DNA of 64,000 nucleotides, taken from assembly GCA_902521795.1 (NCBI GenBank), contig CABYSX010000007.1, positions 297 through 64,296 on the forward strand, given 5' to 3'. Below the pieces are notes generated by a model, which ran no database searches, was not told the DNA's origin, and saw only the letters and a list, made by a program, of their open reading frames with translations. Position 1 is the stretch's first letter, and each line of letters begins with the position of its first letter. The stretch is from an uncultured Alphaproteobacteria bacterium (lineage in GTDB: Bacteria > Pseudomonadota > Alphaproteobacteria > HIMB59). Below, one piece after another: positions 1 through 10,351 of the stretch. The position numbers and the translations under genes are program-made.

Positions 1-945
1 TTCATAGGTAAAACTGCTATAAATTTGAATTAATGAGGCACCTAATTTCATTTTTGTTAAAATATCATTGGCATCAAAAATACCTCCTACGCCTATGATT
101 TTTATTTTTCCAGAAGTAAGAGTGAAGAAATCTCTAATTAATTCATTTGATTTAAGAAATAGTGGTCTACCACTGACCCCTCCTTCTAGTTTTTCATTAA
201 CCATAGATTTATTAATTGTGGTATTTGTTAATATCAGCCCATCAACATCATTTGCTAGAGAAATTAATGAAATATCTTTCTTATCCTGATCTGAAATGTC
301 TGGTGAAATTTTGAATAAAATTGGTATTTTTGAATTATTTTGATCTCTAAATTTGTGAATTGTTGTAACGATCTTCTCAAAATTTGAAGATTTAAGATTA
401 TCCCTAAGACCTGGTGTATTAGGAGAAGACAGATTTACTACAATATAATCTCCTAGTCGATATAATCTGTCGAAAAGTTTTTTAAGATCGTCTAATATTT
501 CGATAGTATCTTTATTATTGCCAATATTAATACCAATAATTTTATCTTGAAAATTTTCTTTTAAATTAGAGTTGTTAATATTTCTTTCAAAAACATCCAT
601 GCCTTTATTATTAAAACCCAGAGAGTTTATGAGTGCTTTTTGTGCTGGGAATCTATGAATTCTTGGTTTTTTGTTTCCCTTTTGAGGCAAAGGTGTCACC
701 GTACCCAACTCTGTAAAACTAAATCCTAAATTTAATATAGGATTTATTACTTCTGCATTTTTATCAAAACCTGCAGATAGGCCAATTGGGGTTTTAAAAG
801 TTCTCCCCCATATAGTTTGCTCAAGTATTTCAGTATTTTTATAGGTTATCTTTGGGTAAATACCCAGCTTTAGAGCTTTAATAGAGAGATTATGAGACAA
901 TTCTGGATCGAGTTTTTTTAAGATACGGTGAGCTAAACTATACAT
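1..945 (-). CDS. pyrD: Quinone-dependent dihydroorotate dehydrogenase (3' end outside window)
   Basis: Not in ORF track; manual translation from ATG 945 gives MYSLAHRILKKLDPELSHN, then GLSAGFDKNA, GTVTPLPQKGNKKPRIHR, INSLGFNNKG, VNLSSPNTPGLR, KISPD, GGVSG. Confidence 0.93.
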   Translation of the reverse strand, partial: MYSLAHRILKKLDPELSHNLSIKALKLGIYPKITYKNTEILEQTIWGRTFKTPIGLSAGFDKNAEVINPILNLGFSFTELGTVTPLPQKGNKKPRIHRFPAQKALINSLGFNNKGMDVFERNINNSNLKENFQDKIIGINIGNNKDTIEILDDLKKLFDRLYRLGDYIVVNLSSPNTPGLRDNLKSSNFEKIVTTIHKFRDQNNSKIPILFKISPDISDQDKKDISLISLANDVDGLILTNTTINKSMVNEKLEGGVSGRPLFLKSNELIRDFFTLTSGKIKIIGVGGIFDANDILTKMKLGASLIQIYSSFTYE

Positions 946-2485
946 CAAGCTTAGAGTTAAATAACTCCAGAGTTTTGTCTTTTGTATATATTTTTGTAAA
1001 TGAACCTAATCTAGGACCATTTTCTTGACCAAAAACAACTAGATAAATTAGTTTAAAAAACTCTCTTATATTTTCTTTATAAATAGAATTTTTCCCTACA
1101 CTAAAAATTACAGTTTGAAATTCATCTGCATCTGCAGATGGTTCTACTTCTTTTAATTTTTTCACAACCTCTTTAAGTATAATTAATTCTTCTGAATTTG
1201 GAATTTTAAACTTTAAATTTGGCAGAATAAAATCTTTAAAATAATTTATACCGCAATCAATCATTCTATATATAAGATCCTCTTCAACTTCACTAAAATT
1301 TTTTTGATAATTTTTAATTAAACCAAATATCACACTAGGATCTTCAGATTTACAAACAGATATGACATTTAAAATTAAGCTATAATTTATTTTTGAATTA
1401 TAAAGGGGATTGACTGATTTATGAATATGCCATGCAGGATTATCTGCATTTTGGTCGTCACTGTTAAACTTATTAACATGGGATAAATATTCGTCAGTAT
1501 TTTTAGGAATAACATCAAAGAAAAGTTTCTTAGCTGAGGTGGGTCTTTGATACATAAACATGGATAGGCTCTCTTCGATGGAGTATTTTAGCCAGTCGTC
1601 AATACTTATTCCATTGCCTTTTGATTTACTAATTTTTTCGGCATTTTCATCAAGAAATAACTCGTAAATTAAATTTTCTGGAGGTTTTGAGCCGATAATC
1701 CTGCATATCTTTGAAGATAAGCTGTAACTATCGGTTAAATCTTTTCCGCACATTTCATAGTCTACACCAAAAGCAGCCCATCTCATGGCCCAATCAACTT
1801 TCCATTGAAGTTTGCAATTTCCATCAAGAACTGATTTAGATTTTAATTCCCCATCCTCGTAGTAAGAAACAGTAAAATCTTCATAATTTACCTCTTCAAT
1901 AGGAACTTGCAAAATTTTTCCAGTTTTTTCATTGATAGGAAAAAATGGGCTATAAGATTTTTTTCTTTCTTCACCAAGAGTTGGGAGAACAACATTTTTT
2001 ATTTCATCATAATTTTTTATAATTTTTTTTATTGTGTCATTAAATAAACCTGATTTGTATGCGTCGGTTGAGCTTTGAAATGTAAAGGGCAAATTAAATC
2101 TATTGAGAAATTCTTTGAGCTTGGAATTATTGTGCTCACCAAAACTCTTAAACTCATCAAAAGGATCTGGCACAGAAGTCAAAGGGTAATCTAGATACTT
2201 AGATAGTTTCTCTTTATTTGGAATATTATCAGGAACTTTTCTAAAACCATCCATGTCATCAGAAAAAGCAATAAGATTAGTTTGTTTACCAGTTAGTTTT
2301 TCATAGCAAAACCGAACCATATTAGTCCTCAAAACTTCACCAAAGGTGCCTATATGTGGTAAACCTGACGGACCATAGCCAGTTTCAAAAATAATTTTCT
2401 CTTTGGTATTATTTTCACCAAATCTTTTAACAATTTTTTTAGCTTCATTAAAAGGCCAAGATTTATATGAGTTATAATCAGTCAA
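938..2485 (-). CDS. lysS: Class I lysyl-tRNA synthetase
   Basis: ETGYGPSGLPHIGTFGE (HIGH-like) and KISKSKGN (KMSKS-like). Confidence 0.95.
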   Translation of the reverse strand: MTDYNSYKSWPFNEAKKIVKRFGENNTKEKIIFETGYGPSGLPHIGTFGEVLRTNMVRFCYEKLTGKQTNLIAFSDDMDGFRKVPDNIPNKEKLSKYLDYPLTSVPDPFDEFKSFGEHNNSKLKEFLNRFNLPFTFQSSTDAYKSGLFNDTIKKIIKNYDEIKNVVLPTLGEERKKSYSPFFPINEKTGKILQVPIEEVNYEDFTVSYYEDGELKSKSVLDGNCKLQWKVDWAMRWAAFGVDYEMCGKDLTDSYSLSSKICRIIGSKPPENLIYELFLDENAEKISKSKGNGISIDDWLKYSIEESLSMFMYQRPTSAKKLFFDVIPKNTDEYLSHVNKFNSDDQNADNPAWHIHKSVNPLYNSKINYSLILNVISVCKSEDPSVIFGLIKNYQKNFSEVEEDLIYRMIDCGINYFKDFILPNLKFKIPNSEELIILKEVVKKLKEVEPSADADEFQTVIFSVGKNSIYKENIREFFKLIYLVVFGQENGPRLGSFTKIYTKDKTLELFNSKLDV

Positions 2486-2799
2486 AATTTAGGTGCTAAA
2501 GTTAAAGTAATACCATTGAGCTCTTCTGTAAATGGGATTTGGCATGAAAGTCTCGAATTTATTTTAATATCCATTGCCTGGTCAAGCATAGATTCTTCGT
2601 CATCATCAGCCTTGGATATCTTCTCTAACCATTTATCTTCAACATAACAATGACAAGTGGCACAAGCACAACAGCCACCACATATTGCTTCGATATCTAA
2701 ACCAGCATCTCTGATAATTTCCATAATTGAAAATCCAATTGTTGCCTCGATTTTATGAGGGGAACCATCATTATCTATAACGTTGATATGGTATGACAT
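2482..2799 (-). CDS. Adrenodoxin/putidaredoxin-type [2Fe-2S] ferredoxin
   Basis: CGGCCACATCHC and SRLSCQI motifs. Confidence 0.92.
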   Translation of the reverse strand: MSYHINVIDNDGSPHKIEATIGFSIMEIIRDAGLDIEAICGGCCACATCHCYVEDKWLEKISKADDDEESMLDQAMDIKINSRLSCQIPFTEELNGITLTLAPKF

Positions 2800-2906
2800 T
2801 TGAAATCTACAGTATTTTAGACTATTAGGTCTATCAGTTCGATAGGCTGAATGCGACTAAAATTAATATACTAAATATATTCTAAAAAATTATAAGTTTA
2901 GATTAG

Positions 2907-3926
2907 ATGTATAAAACTGAGAGTTTTCAAATCAAGATATGGTTGGTATGCCTTATGACAATAATCTTATTAATGATTATTGTGGGAGGACTTACAAGAC
3001 TTACAGAATCAGGATTGTCCATGGTCGATTGGAAATTATTTGTGGGAACAATACCACCGCTGTCTGATGGAGATTGGTTAAAAGTTTTTGACGACTACAA
3101 ACAATATCCAGAATATCAAATTAAAAACGTTAATATGACACTGTCAGAATTTAAATACATCTTTTGGTGGGAATATGGACACAGAGTTCTTGGAAGAATT
3201 ATAGGTATTATTTTTATAGTTCCTTTTGTTGTCTTCGCTTTAAAGAAATATTTTTCTAAAGAAGAGTTGCTATCATATTTGTTTCTTCTTTTTCTTGGAG
3301 GTTCTCAGGGTTTAATAGGTTGGTGGATGGTAAAAAGTGGTTTAGATACGAATCCCTATGTAAGTCATATTAGGCTGGCAGTTCATTTGATCATCGCCCA
3401 AATAATTCTCTCCTTTATTGCTTTTTTGTTTATTAAAAGACTTAGCATTGGTAATTACGAAAGTAAGTTTGGTTCCCATAAATCAATTTTTATTTTTTTT
3501 AATTTAATAATTTTTTTCACAGTGATTTATGGAGCATTTATGGCAGGTCTAGATGCTGGTAAATCATTTAACACTTGGCCTAAAATGGGAGATAGTTACA
3601 TACCTGAAAATTTGCTTTTCTTGGATGATCGATTATTTGGTTTATTTGACAATAGTGTCTTTATACATTTTTTTCATAGAGCTTTAGCTTACATATCCTT
3701 CATTACAATACTTTATTTAAGTTTGAAGCACCTTAAAGGAATTAGTAATAAATATCAAAAATTACACCTTCTATTAATAATTTTTTTAGTTTTCATTCAG
3801 CTATTTATAGGAGTTTTTGTTGTTTTAAGTAATGTTCAAGTTTCTTTAGGCTCTATTCATCAAATAATTGGGACTTTACTATTTGTTTTTACGACATGTT
3901 ATAGTTTAAAAATCATTAAGAATTAA
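2907..3926 (+). CDS. ctaA: Heme A synthase, COX15/CtaA type 2
   Basis: VGGLTRLTESGLSMVDW, EYGHRVLGR, GWWMVKSGL, HFFHR, HQ; multiple TM segments. Confidence 0.93.
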   Translation: MYKTESFQIKIWLVCLMTIILLMIIVGGLTRLTESGLSMVDWKLFVGTIPPLSDGDWLKVFDDYKQYPEYQIKNVNMTLSEFKYIFWWEYGHRVLGRIIGIIFIVPFVVFALKKYFSKEELLSYLFLLFLGGSQGLIGWWMVKSGLDTNPYVSHIRLAVHLIIAQIILSFIAFLFIKRLSIGNYESKFGSHKSIFIFFNLIIFFTVIYGAFMAGLDAGKSFNTWPKMGDSYIPENLLFLDDRLFGLFDNSVFIHFFHRALAYISFITILYLSLKHLKGISNKYQKLHLLLIIFLVFIQLFIGVFVVLSNVQVSLGSIHQIIGTLLFVFTTCYSLKIIKN

Positions 3927-3959
3927 ATCTAATTAGAGCCTGATTTGGTATAAAAAATA

Positions 3960-4661
3960 ATGAGTAAAATTTTAATAATAGGAGCTAACGGTTCTGTTGG
4001 TAAATCATGTGTTGCAAATCTAAAAGATGATAATGAATTAGTCCTTCTATCAAGAAGTGCTTTTGATGGTGACGTTGAAGGTAGTCTTGAAAAAAATGTA
4101 TTGGATATAAACGATTATTCTGAGACAGAAAATTTTATTAAAAATATTGATTACCAAATCTCTGGCATTGTTTTTGCAATTGGTTCTATAAACCTTAAAC
4201 CTTTTTCAAGTACAAGTTTAGATGATTTTAAAAAAATTATGGATGAAAACTTTTATAATATCGTACATTTTTTAAACCACAGTATCAGTAAAATGTCTGA
4301 ATCATCCTCCGTCGTATTTTTTTCTTCAATTGCTGCTGTAAGGGGATTTAAAAATCATACTGCAATAGCTTCTGCTAAAAGTGCCTTGATAGGTTTGTCA
4401 AATTCTTTAGCTGCTGATTATGCACCCAAGATAAGATTTAATACAATATCTCCTAGTCTATCTGTTTCTAAAATGTCAAATTTTATGGTATCAAATGAAA
4501 AAGTTGCAGAGGGAATAGGCAAACTTCATCCAATGTCAAGACTTGGTACAGGCGATGACATAGGAAACTTAGCTTCTTTCCTAATATCTGAAAAATCATC
4601 ATGGATAACAGGTCAAAACTTTCAAATTGACGGTGGTAGATCTACCTTAATTACAAGATAA
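3960..4661 (+). CDS. SDR family oxidoreductase
   Basis: GANGSVG Rossmann motif and WITGQNFQIDGG; the catalytic YxxxK appears as IASAK. Confidence 0.85.
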   Translation: MSKILIIGANGSVGKSCVANLKDDNELVLLSRSAFDGDVEGSLEKNVLDINDYSETENFIKNIDYQISGIVFAIGSINLKPFSSTSLDDFKKIMDENFYNIVHFLNHSISKMSESSSVVFFSSIAAVRGFKNHTAIASAKSALIGLSNSLAADYAPKIRFNTISPSLSVSKMSNFMVSNEKVAEGIGKLHPMSRLGTGDDIGNLASFLISEKSSWITGQNFQIDGGRSTLITR

Positions 4662-4671
4662 TTAATACTGA

Positions 4672-6159
4672 ATGAAAGAGTGCTTTGTAGTTCTTGGAAA
4701 TCAGTTATTTGAAAAAAAGAATTTAAAAGATTTTAAAAATTCATGTGAATTTTTTATTCAAGAGGATCTTGGTCTTTGTAGTTATTTTAAGCATCACAAA
4801 CAAAAAATATATTATTTTCTAGCCTCTATGAGAGAATATAGGGACTATTTAAAAAAAAATAATTTCAAAGTAAATTATATTACACTTGACAAAAATATTA
4901 CTAATTTTAAGGACTATTTTGAAGGCTTAAAAAGCTTTTTGGTATCTAAAAATGTTTTTAAAATTAATATTTTTGAGATAGAGGACTTAGAATTTAGAAA
5001 AAAATTTGAACAATTTTGTAAAGATAACAAAATTGAATTAACCTTTCATAAATCACCTATGTTTCTTGTAAGTAGGTCTGACTATCAGGGCATGGTTAAA
5101 ACAAAAAAACCTCAGTTAGCTAATTTTTACAGTAATATTAGAAAAACTTTTGAAATATTTGTGAAAGAGAACAAGCCTATTGGAGACAAATGGAGTTTTG
5201 ATGAAGATAATAGAAAAAGAGTCCCAAAAGAATATGAGAGTCCTAAATCTTATATGTTTGAGTCGAAACATTACGAAGATATTAAGAAATTAATTAATAA
5301 GTTTTTTGCAAACCATTTTGGAATTTTAGAAAAAAAAATAATATTTCCTATGAATTTTAAAGACTCATCTAAAGTTCTTGATAATTTCATTAATGAGAAA
5401 CTTGAAAATTTTGGCCATTACGAAGATTTTATAAGAATTAATGATCCATATATAAACCATAGTTTAATTAGCGCTCCATTGAACATGGGTTTATTAACTC
5501 CAAAGGACGTATTAGATCGATTGAATTTAATTTCCTATAGTAAAGTTGGTATCAACAATTATGAAGGATTTATAAGACAAATCTTTGGGTGGAGAGAATT
5601 CATGAGGTACTTAAATATTCATTATTATAAAGATTTTAATAAAGGTAATTTTTTTGGAAATTCTAGAAAATTAACAAAGCATTGGTATGAAGGAACAACT
5701 AATATTCCTATTTTAAATGATATGATATCTAATTTAAAAAAAAGTGGATACGTTCATCATATTCCAAGACTGATGGTAATTAGTAATATAATGAACTTAT
5801 CAGGTCTTAAACCTTCAGAGGTCTATAAATGGTTTATGGAGACATTTATCGACTCCTCAGATTGGGTAATGACACCAAATGTTTATGGAATGGGAATGTT
5901 TAGTGATGGAGGAATATTTGCAACAAAACCTTATTTATGTGGATCGAATTACTTATTGAAAATGAGTAATTATAGCAGGGGTGATTGGACTCAAACATTG
6001 GATGGTTTATACTGGAATTTTATATATAAAAATAAAAATTATTTTAAGACTAACCAGAGGCTCTCTATGATGTACTATACTGTAAATAAAATGGACAAAT
6101 CTAAAATTAGTACTCATATTTCTAATGCAAAAAAATTCATCAGCGAATACACAAGATAG
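4672..6159 (+). CDS. Cryptochrome/photolyase, bacterial (6-4) photolyase (PhrB/CryPro) clade
   Basis: LGNQLF, HHKQK, WSFDEDNR, EGFIRQIFGWREF, GYVHHIPRLM, ATKPY. Confidence 0.88.
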   Translation: MKECFVVLGNQLFEKKNLKDFKNSCEFFIQEDLGLCSYFKHHKQKIYYFLASMREYRDYLKKNNFKVNYITLDKNITNFKDYFEGLKSFLVSKNVFKINIFEIEDLEFRKKFEQFCKDNKIELTFHKSPMFLVSRSDYQGMVKTKKPQLANFYSNIRKTFEIFVKENKPIGDKWSFDEDNRKRVPKEYESPKSYMFESKHYEDIKKLINKFFANHFGILEKKIIFPMNFKDSSKVLDNFINEKLENFGHYEDFIRINDPYINHSLISAPLNMGLLTPKDVLDRLNLISYSKVGINNYEGFIRQIFGWREFMRYLNIHYYKDFNKGNFFGNSRKLTKHWYEGTTNIPILNDMISNLKKSGYVHHIPRLMVISNIMNLSGLKPSEVYKWFMETFIDSSDWVMTPNVYGMGMFSDGGIFATKPYLCGSNYLLKMSNYSRGDWTQTLDGLYWNFIYKNKNYFKTNQRLSMMYYTVNKMDKSKISTHISNAKKFISEYTR

Positions 6160-6895
6160 CAAAGTTTTTATAACAGGCGCAAGCAGTGGGATTGGCTATG
6201 CACTTTGCGAGGAATATCTTAAACAAGGCTGGAGTGTTATAGGCTTAGCTAGGGACAATACAAAGATACCTCCCACAACATTAAATAATACTAAATTTGA
6301 GTTTATAAAAACAGATTTAGCAGATTTTGACTCAAGTAAATCAATAATTGAAGAAGTATTTAAGAAAAATAGAAACATAAACACATTTATTTTAAATGCA
6401 GGAATTTATATACCTGACAGTTTTAACGATTTTAATTTTGAAAATGCCAAACTAACTTTTAATACTAATGTTCTTAGTATTTATTTATTATTAGAATTAA
6501 TAAGAAAGAATTTTGAACTCGACTCAAAAAACACTATAGCATTAATGTCATCAACTGCAGGATATAAAGGTCTTCCAAAGTCTATTTTATATGGACCCTC
6601 AAAGGCGGCATTAATAAATTTGGCTGAGTCTATGAAATCTGAAATTTATAATGGATTAAATATAAAATTAATATGCCCAGGATTTGTAAAAACTCCTGCC
6701 ACAAAAGTGAATACATTCAAGATGCCCTATTTAATGTCCTCCAATAAGGCAGCTGAGATTATTTTTAATAAAATATATAAAAAAGGCTTCGAGATTACAT
6801 TTCCTTTTCCTTTTAATTCTATAATGAAATTTGGTAAACTATTACCATATAAAATTTATTTTAAAATTACTGAGAAAAAATTTTCAAAAAAATGA
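6125..6895 (+). CDS. SDR family oxidoreductase
   Basis: TGASSGIG, LNAG, YGPSK. Confidence 0.88.
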   Translation: MQKNSSANTQDSKVFITGASSGIGYALCEEYLKQGWSVIGLARDNTKIPPTTLNNTKFEFIKTDLADFDSSKSIIEEVFKKNRNINTFILNAGIYIPDSFNDFNFENAKLTFNTNVLSIYLLLELIRKNFELDSKNTIALMSSTAGYKGLPKSILYGPSKAALINLAESMKSEIYNGLNIKLICPGFVKTPATKVNTFKMPYLMSSNKAAEIIFNKIYKKGFEITFPFPFNSIMKFGKLLPYKIYFKITEKKFSKK

Positions 6896-7380
6896 AACTA
6901 TCTAATCCTAAAATTTCAATCGTAATGGGCAGCCAAAGTGATTGGTCAACTCTTAAACATACAAGCACTGTATTAAAAGAATTAAAGATTAGTCACGAAA
7001 AAAAAATAGTTTCTGCACACCGAACCCCAAAAAGGTTATATGAATATGCAGAACAAGCTTACGACAAAGGTATTAAGATTATAATTGCTGGTGCTGGCGG
7101 TTCGGCTCATTTACCTGGTATGATTGCAGCTATAACTCATATTCCAGTAATTGGTGTTCCGATTGAGTCAAAGACATTAAAAGGATTGGATAGTTTACTT
7201 TCTATAGCACAAATGCCTTTTGGTATTCCTGTAGGAACTGTTGCAATTGGTGAAAATGGAGCAAAAAATGCTGCTTTATATGCAGCTTCAATTATTAGTA
7301 ATTACAACACTAAAGTTGAAAATCAATTAATTAAATGGAGACTTGCTCAAACAAAAAAAGTCAAAAAGACACCTAAGTAA
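6892..7380 (+). CDS. purE: N5-CAIR mutase
   Basis: VMGSQSDW, VSAHRTP, AGAGGSAHLPGM. Confidence 0.96.
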   Translation: MKLSNPKISIVMGSQSDWSTLKHTSTVLKELKISHEKKIVSAHRTPKRLYEYAEQAYDKGIKIIIAGAGGSAHLPGMIAAITHIPVIGVPIESKTLKGLDSLLSIAQMPFGIPVGTVAIGENGAKNAALYAASIISNYNTKVENQLIKWRLAQTKKVKKTPK

Positions 7381-8411
7381 TGATCATTGGTATACTAGGT
7401 GGAGGTCAACTTGGTATGATGTTATGTCAAGTAGCTAAAAAATTGAATATCCAAACGTTTATTTACAGCGACTCTACTGATTCCCCAGCAATTAAATATG
7501 CAAATAATTATGCTATCAAAGCATATGATGATTTTGATGAAATAGACACTTTTATTGAAGGGTGTGATTTTATTACTTATGAGTTTGAGAATATTCCATT
7601 TAAGACTTTGTCGTATATAGAAAATAAAATAACGTTATCTCCTAGTTCCCAAATTAATAAAATTATTCAGGACCGTTTAACTGAAAAAAATTATGTAAAT
7701 GAAATTAATATTCCCACAGTTCCATATATTGAAATCAAAGATATAGAAGATTTAAAATCAGTTAATACAGATTTCTTTCCAGCAATATTAAAGACTCGCA
7801 AGCTTGGATATGATGGTAAAGGACAGTATATAGTTAATAGTTCAAAGGAAATACCTGAAATACCTAAAAATGATTATATCTTAGAAAAGAAAATAAATTT
7901 ACAACAAGAAATTTCTATAATTGCTGTGAGGTATCAAGATGGAACAATTTTTACCTATCAACCGATAGAAAATGTTCATAAAGATCAAATTCTTTTCAAA
8001 TCATATTCACCAGCAAATTCAAATCAATCAATTATAGAGGAGGCAAAAAACCACGCTGTTAATTTTGCCAAAAAAATAAATTATGTTGGTACTTTCTGTT
8101 TAGAGTTTTTTATTACAGATAAAAATGAATTATTATTAAATGAAATAGCTCCTAGAGTGCACAACTCAGGGCATTTAACTATTGAGTCATATAATGTAAG
8201 TCAGTTTGAATCCCACCTCAGATCTGTATGCGATCTTGAAAAAATAAAGCCATTACTAAGATATAAATCTGAAATGACAAATATTCTTGGAGAGGATATT
8301 TATAATTATCGTGATAAAGAATTCAAAAAAGATGAATATTTTCATGATTATTATAAAAAAGAGTCAAAAATTGGCAGAAAAATGGGTCATTTTACGAAAA
8401 TACTGACTTAA
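7380..8411 (+). CDS. purK: N5-CAIR synthetase
   Basis: GILGGGQLGMM, GYDGKGQ, NEIAPRVHNSGH, RKMGH. Confidence 0.95.
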   Translation: MIIGILGGGQLGMMLCQVAKKLNIQTFIYSDSTDSPAIKYANNYAIKAYDDFDEIDTFIEGCDFITYEFENIPFKTLSYIENKITLSPSSQINKIIQDRLTEKNYVNEINIPTVPYIEIKDIEDLKSVNTDFFPAILKTRKLGYDGKGQYIVNSSKEIPEIPKNDYILEKKINLQQEISIIAVRYQDGTIFTYQPIENVHKDQILFKSYSPANSNQSIIEEAKNHAVNFAKKINYVGTFCLEFFITDKNELLLNEIAPRVHNSGHLTIESYNVSQFESHLRSVCDLEKIKPLLRYKSEMTNILGEDIYNYRDKEFKKDEYFHDYYKKESKIGRKMGHFTKILT

Positions 8412-9421
8412 TTTTTAATCCAGTGATTTTTAAAGTGGTTGTAGTTAATTAGACTATCATTATTAAATTTTGAATATTTTTGAAATTTAAAATCTTTTTG
8501 TCTCACATATGAAATTAGTTTGTTATCAAATTTAAGATTGTAATGCTTGCATCCATTGATTGTTAGAAATTTATTTAAATTATTAGTTTTTTTTGAGGAA
8601 TAAAAAAGTTCCAATATATTGGATATTGAATATTTAGTTGAATAGACACCAGCACAACAACTTTCAGTAAATTTATAATTTTTAAGATGAGGAGCAGAGT
8701 CGGAGCCAAAGAAAAACTTCGAATTACCGGATAGAGCAGCACTAAGTAGTGATTTTTGGTGTTTTTTACTTTTAATAATTGGTTTGCAAAATAATTCTGG
8801 TTTTAAATAGTCTCCAAGAAAAGTATTTGTATTTTCTAATAAATGATGGGTTGTTATAGAAGCAGCTATGTTATTATTTGATTTTATAAAATCTACGGAA
8901 TCTTTAGTAGTTATATGTTCTAAAGTTATTTTTAGACTTTTAAAATTTTTTACAAGCCAAGATAACTCATACTCAAGAAATCTCCTTTCACGTTCATAAG
9001 GATCGTCATCTTTGTGGATATGTTCTCCATGTAAACATAATGGAATTTTATTTTTTTCCAGAAACTCAAAGTATTTTGACATTTTTTTTATATCTTTTAC
9101 TCCTGAAGAGGAATTTGTAGTTGCATGAAGGGGATATAATTTGGCTGCAAAAAACAGATTATTTTTTATCATATTTTTTAAATCTGAAATCTTACAATCT
9201 TGATTTAAATATATAGTAAAAAGTATTTCAGTTTTTCGATTATTTTTTAAGACTAATGCTCTGTATTTAGATAAGATTTTTTCATTAGTTATTGGTTTTG
9301 CTAAATTCGGCATAACTAATATTTTTTGAAAATTTTTATTATTTTCTTTTAATACATGTTTTAAAACTTGTCCTTCTCTTAGGTGAACATGAAAATCACA
9401 AGGCCTAAAAATTTTGAGCAT
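8408..9421 (-). CDS. pyrC: Dihydroorotase (E. coli-like type)
   Basis: DFHVHLR, MPNL, KLYP..ATTNS, LEHITT, GSDSAPH. Confidence 0.92.
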   Translation of the reverse strand: MLKIFRPCDFHVHLREGQVLKHVLKENNKNFQKILVMPNLAKPITNEKILSKYRALVLKNNRKTEILFTIYLNQDCKISDLKNMIKNNLFFAAKLYPLHATTNSSSGVKDIKKMSKYFEFLEKNKIPLCLHGEHIHKDDDPYERERRFLEYELSWLVKNFKSLKITLEHITTKDSVDFIKSNNNIAASITTHHLLENTNTFLGDYLKPELFCKPIIKSKKHQKSLLSAALSGNSKFFFGSDSAPHLKNYKFTESCCAGVYSTKYSISNILELFYSSKKTNNLNKFLTINGCKHYNLKFDNKLISYVRQKDFKFQKYSKFNNDSLINYNHFKNHWIKN

Positions 9422-10325
9422 TTAATATATAATTTACTTTATCAATCACCTGATTATATGACACATCATTCATTAAACAATTATTTAAAGTATAGTTTTT
9501 AGTTTTACTCACAAGACTTTCAAAGGACTCTGTTGACCTAACTAAGTGACAATGATCAAAGATTTTTGGGAAATATATATTATCATTAGTTGGACCGAAA
9601 AGTCCTAAAGTTGGAGTTTTACTTAAAGCGGCCATATGCATCATTGAAGAGTCATTGCCAATAAAAAGTCTAGATTTTTGTAATAAACCATAATCATTGA
9701 GAATATGTTGCTTACCACATCTATTAATTACCTTATTACCCAGTACTGACTCAAAATAATGAAATTTCGAACTTTCTTCTTCTGATCCTAAAATAAATAT
9801 TTTATCTATTCCTTTATCTATTAAATATTTAGCAATGTTTACATATTGTTCCGTAGGCCACTCTTTAGGAGCCCAATTTGTAAATGGGGCTAAACATGCG
9901 TAATTTGAATTTGGGAAGATATTTCTTACTCGATCAGTTAATATTTTTAAGTCTTTTTTTAAATCTGTATCAAATTTATGATGAATCTGTTCATATATAT
10001 TTTTAGATTTTTTCATCCTAAATATATTTCTTTTTTTTACCCTTAAGAAATAACCAATAAGAGAAGATCTAAAATCTACTACTTCATCATATCTGAATGC
10101 AGAAAGCTCTTTATACAGTTTAAACCAATGTAAATTATATTTTTGCTTAGTTAATATTACCCTTTTAGAAATCATAGTATAATCATCATAGATTGGCATT
10201 GGAAAAGAACCAGAAACTAATGTTACTTCAATATTTTTCTTATTTTTTCGTATATACTTATTTAGGACTTGGAGGTTTATTAGTGAGTCACCTATTCTAT
10301 TTGAAGAAATAAATAATAAATGCAT
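9405..10325 (-). CDS. Glycosyltransferase family 9 (LPS heptosyltransferase-like)
   Basis: RIGD, FIGNDSSMMHMAA, LFGPT; start taken at MHLLFISS (10325) rather than 10367. Confidence 0.8.
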   Translation of the reverse strand: MHLLFISSNRIGDSLINLQVLNKYIRKNKKNIEVTLVSGSFPMPIYDDYTMISKRVILTKQKYNLHWFKLYKELSAFRYDEVVDFRSSLIGYFLRVKKRNIFRMKKSKNIYEQIHHKFDTDLKKDLKILTDRVRNIFPNSNYACLAPFTNWAPKEWPTEQYVNIAKYLIDKGIDKIFILGSEEESSKFHYFESVLGNKVINRCGKQHILNDYGLLQKSRLFIGNDSSMMHMAALSKTPTLGLFGPTNDNIYFPKIFDHCHLVRSTESFESLVSKTKNYTLNNCLMNDVSYNQVIDKVNYILNAQNF

Positions 10326-10351
10326 ATATATACATATAGATAATATATTAC

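Noticed and set aside
68-289. 73-aa plus-strand ORF
   Set aside because: Antisense shadow of pyrD
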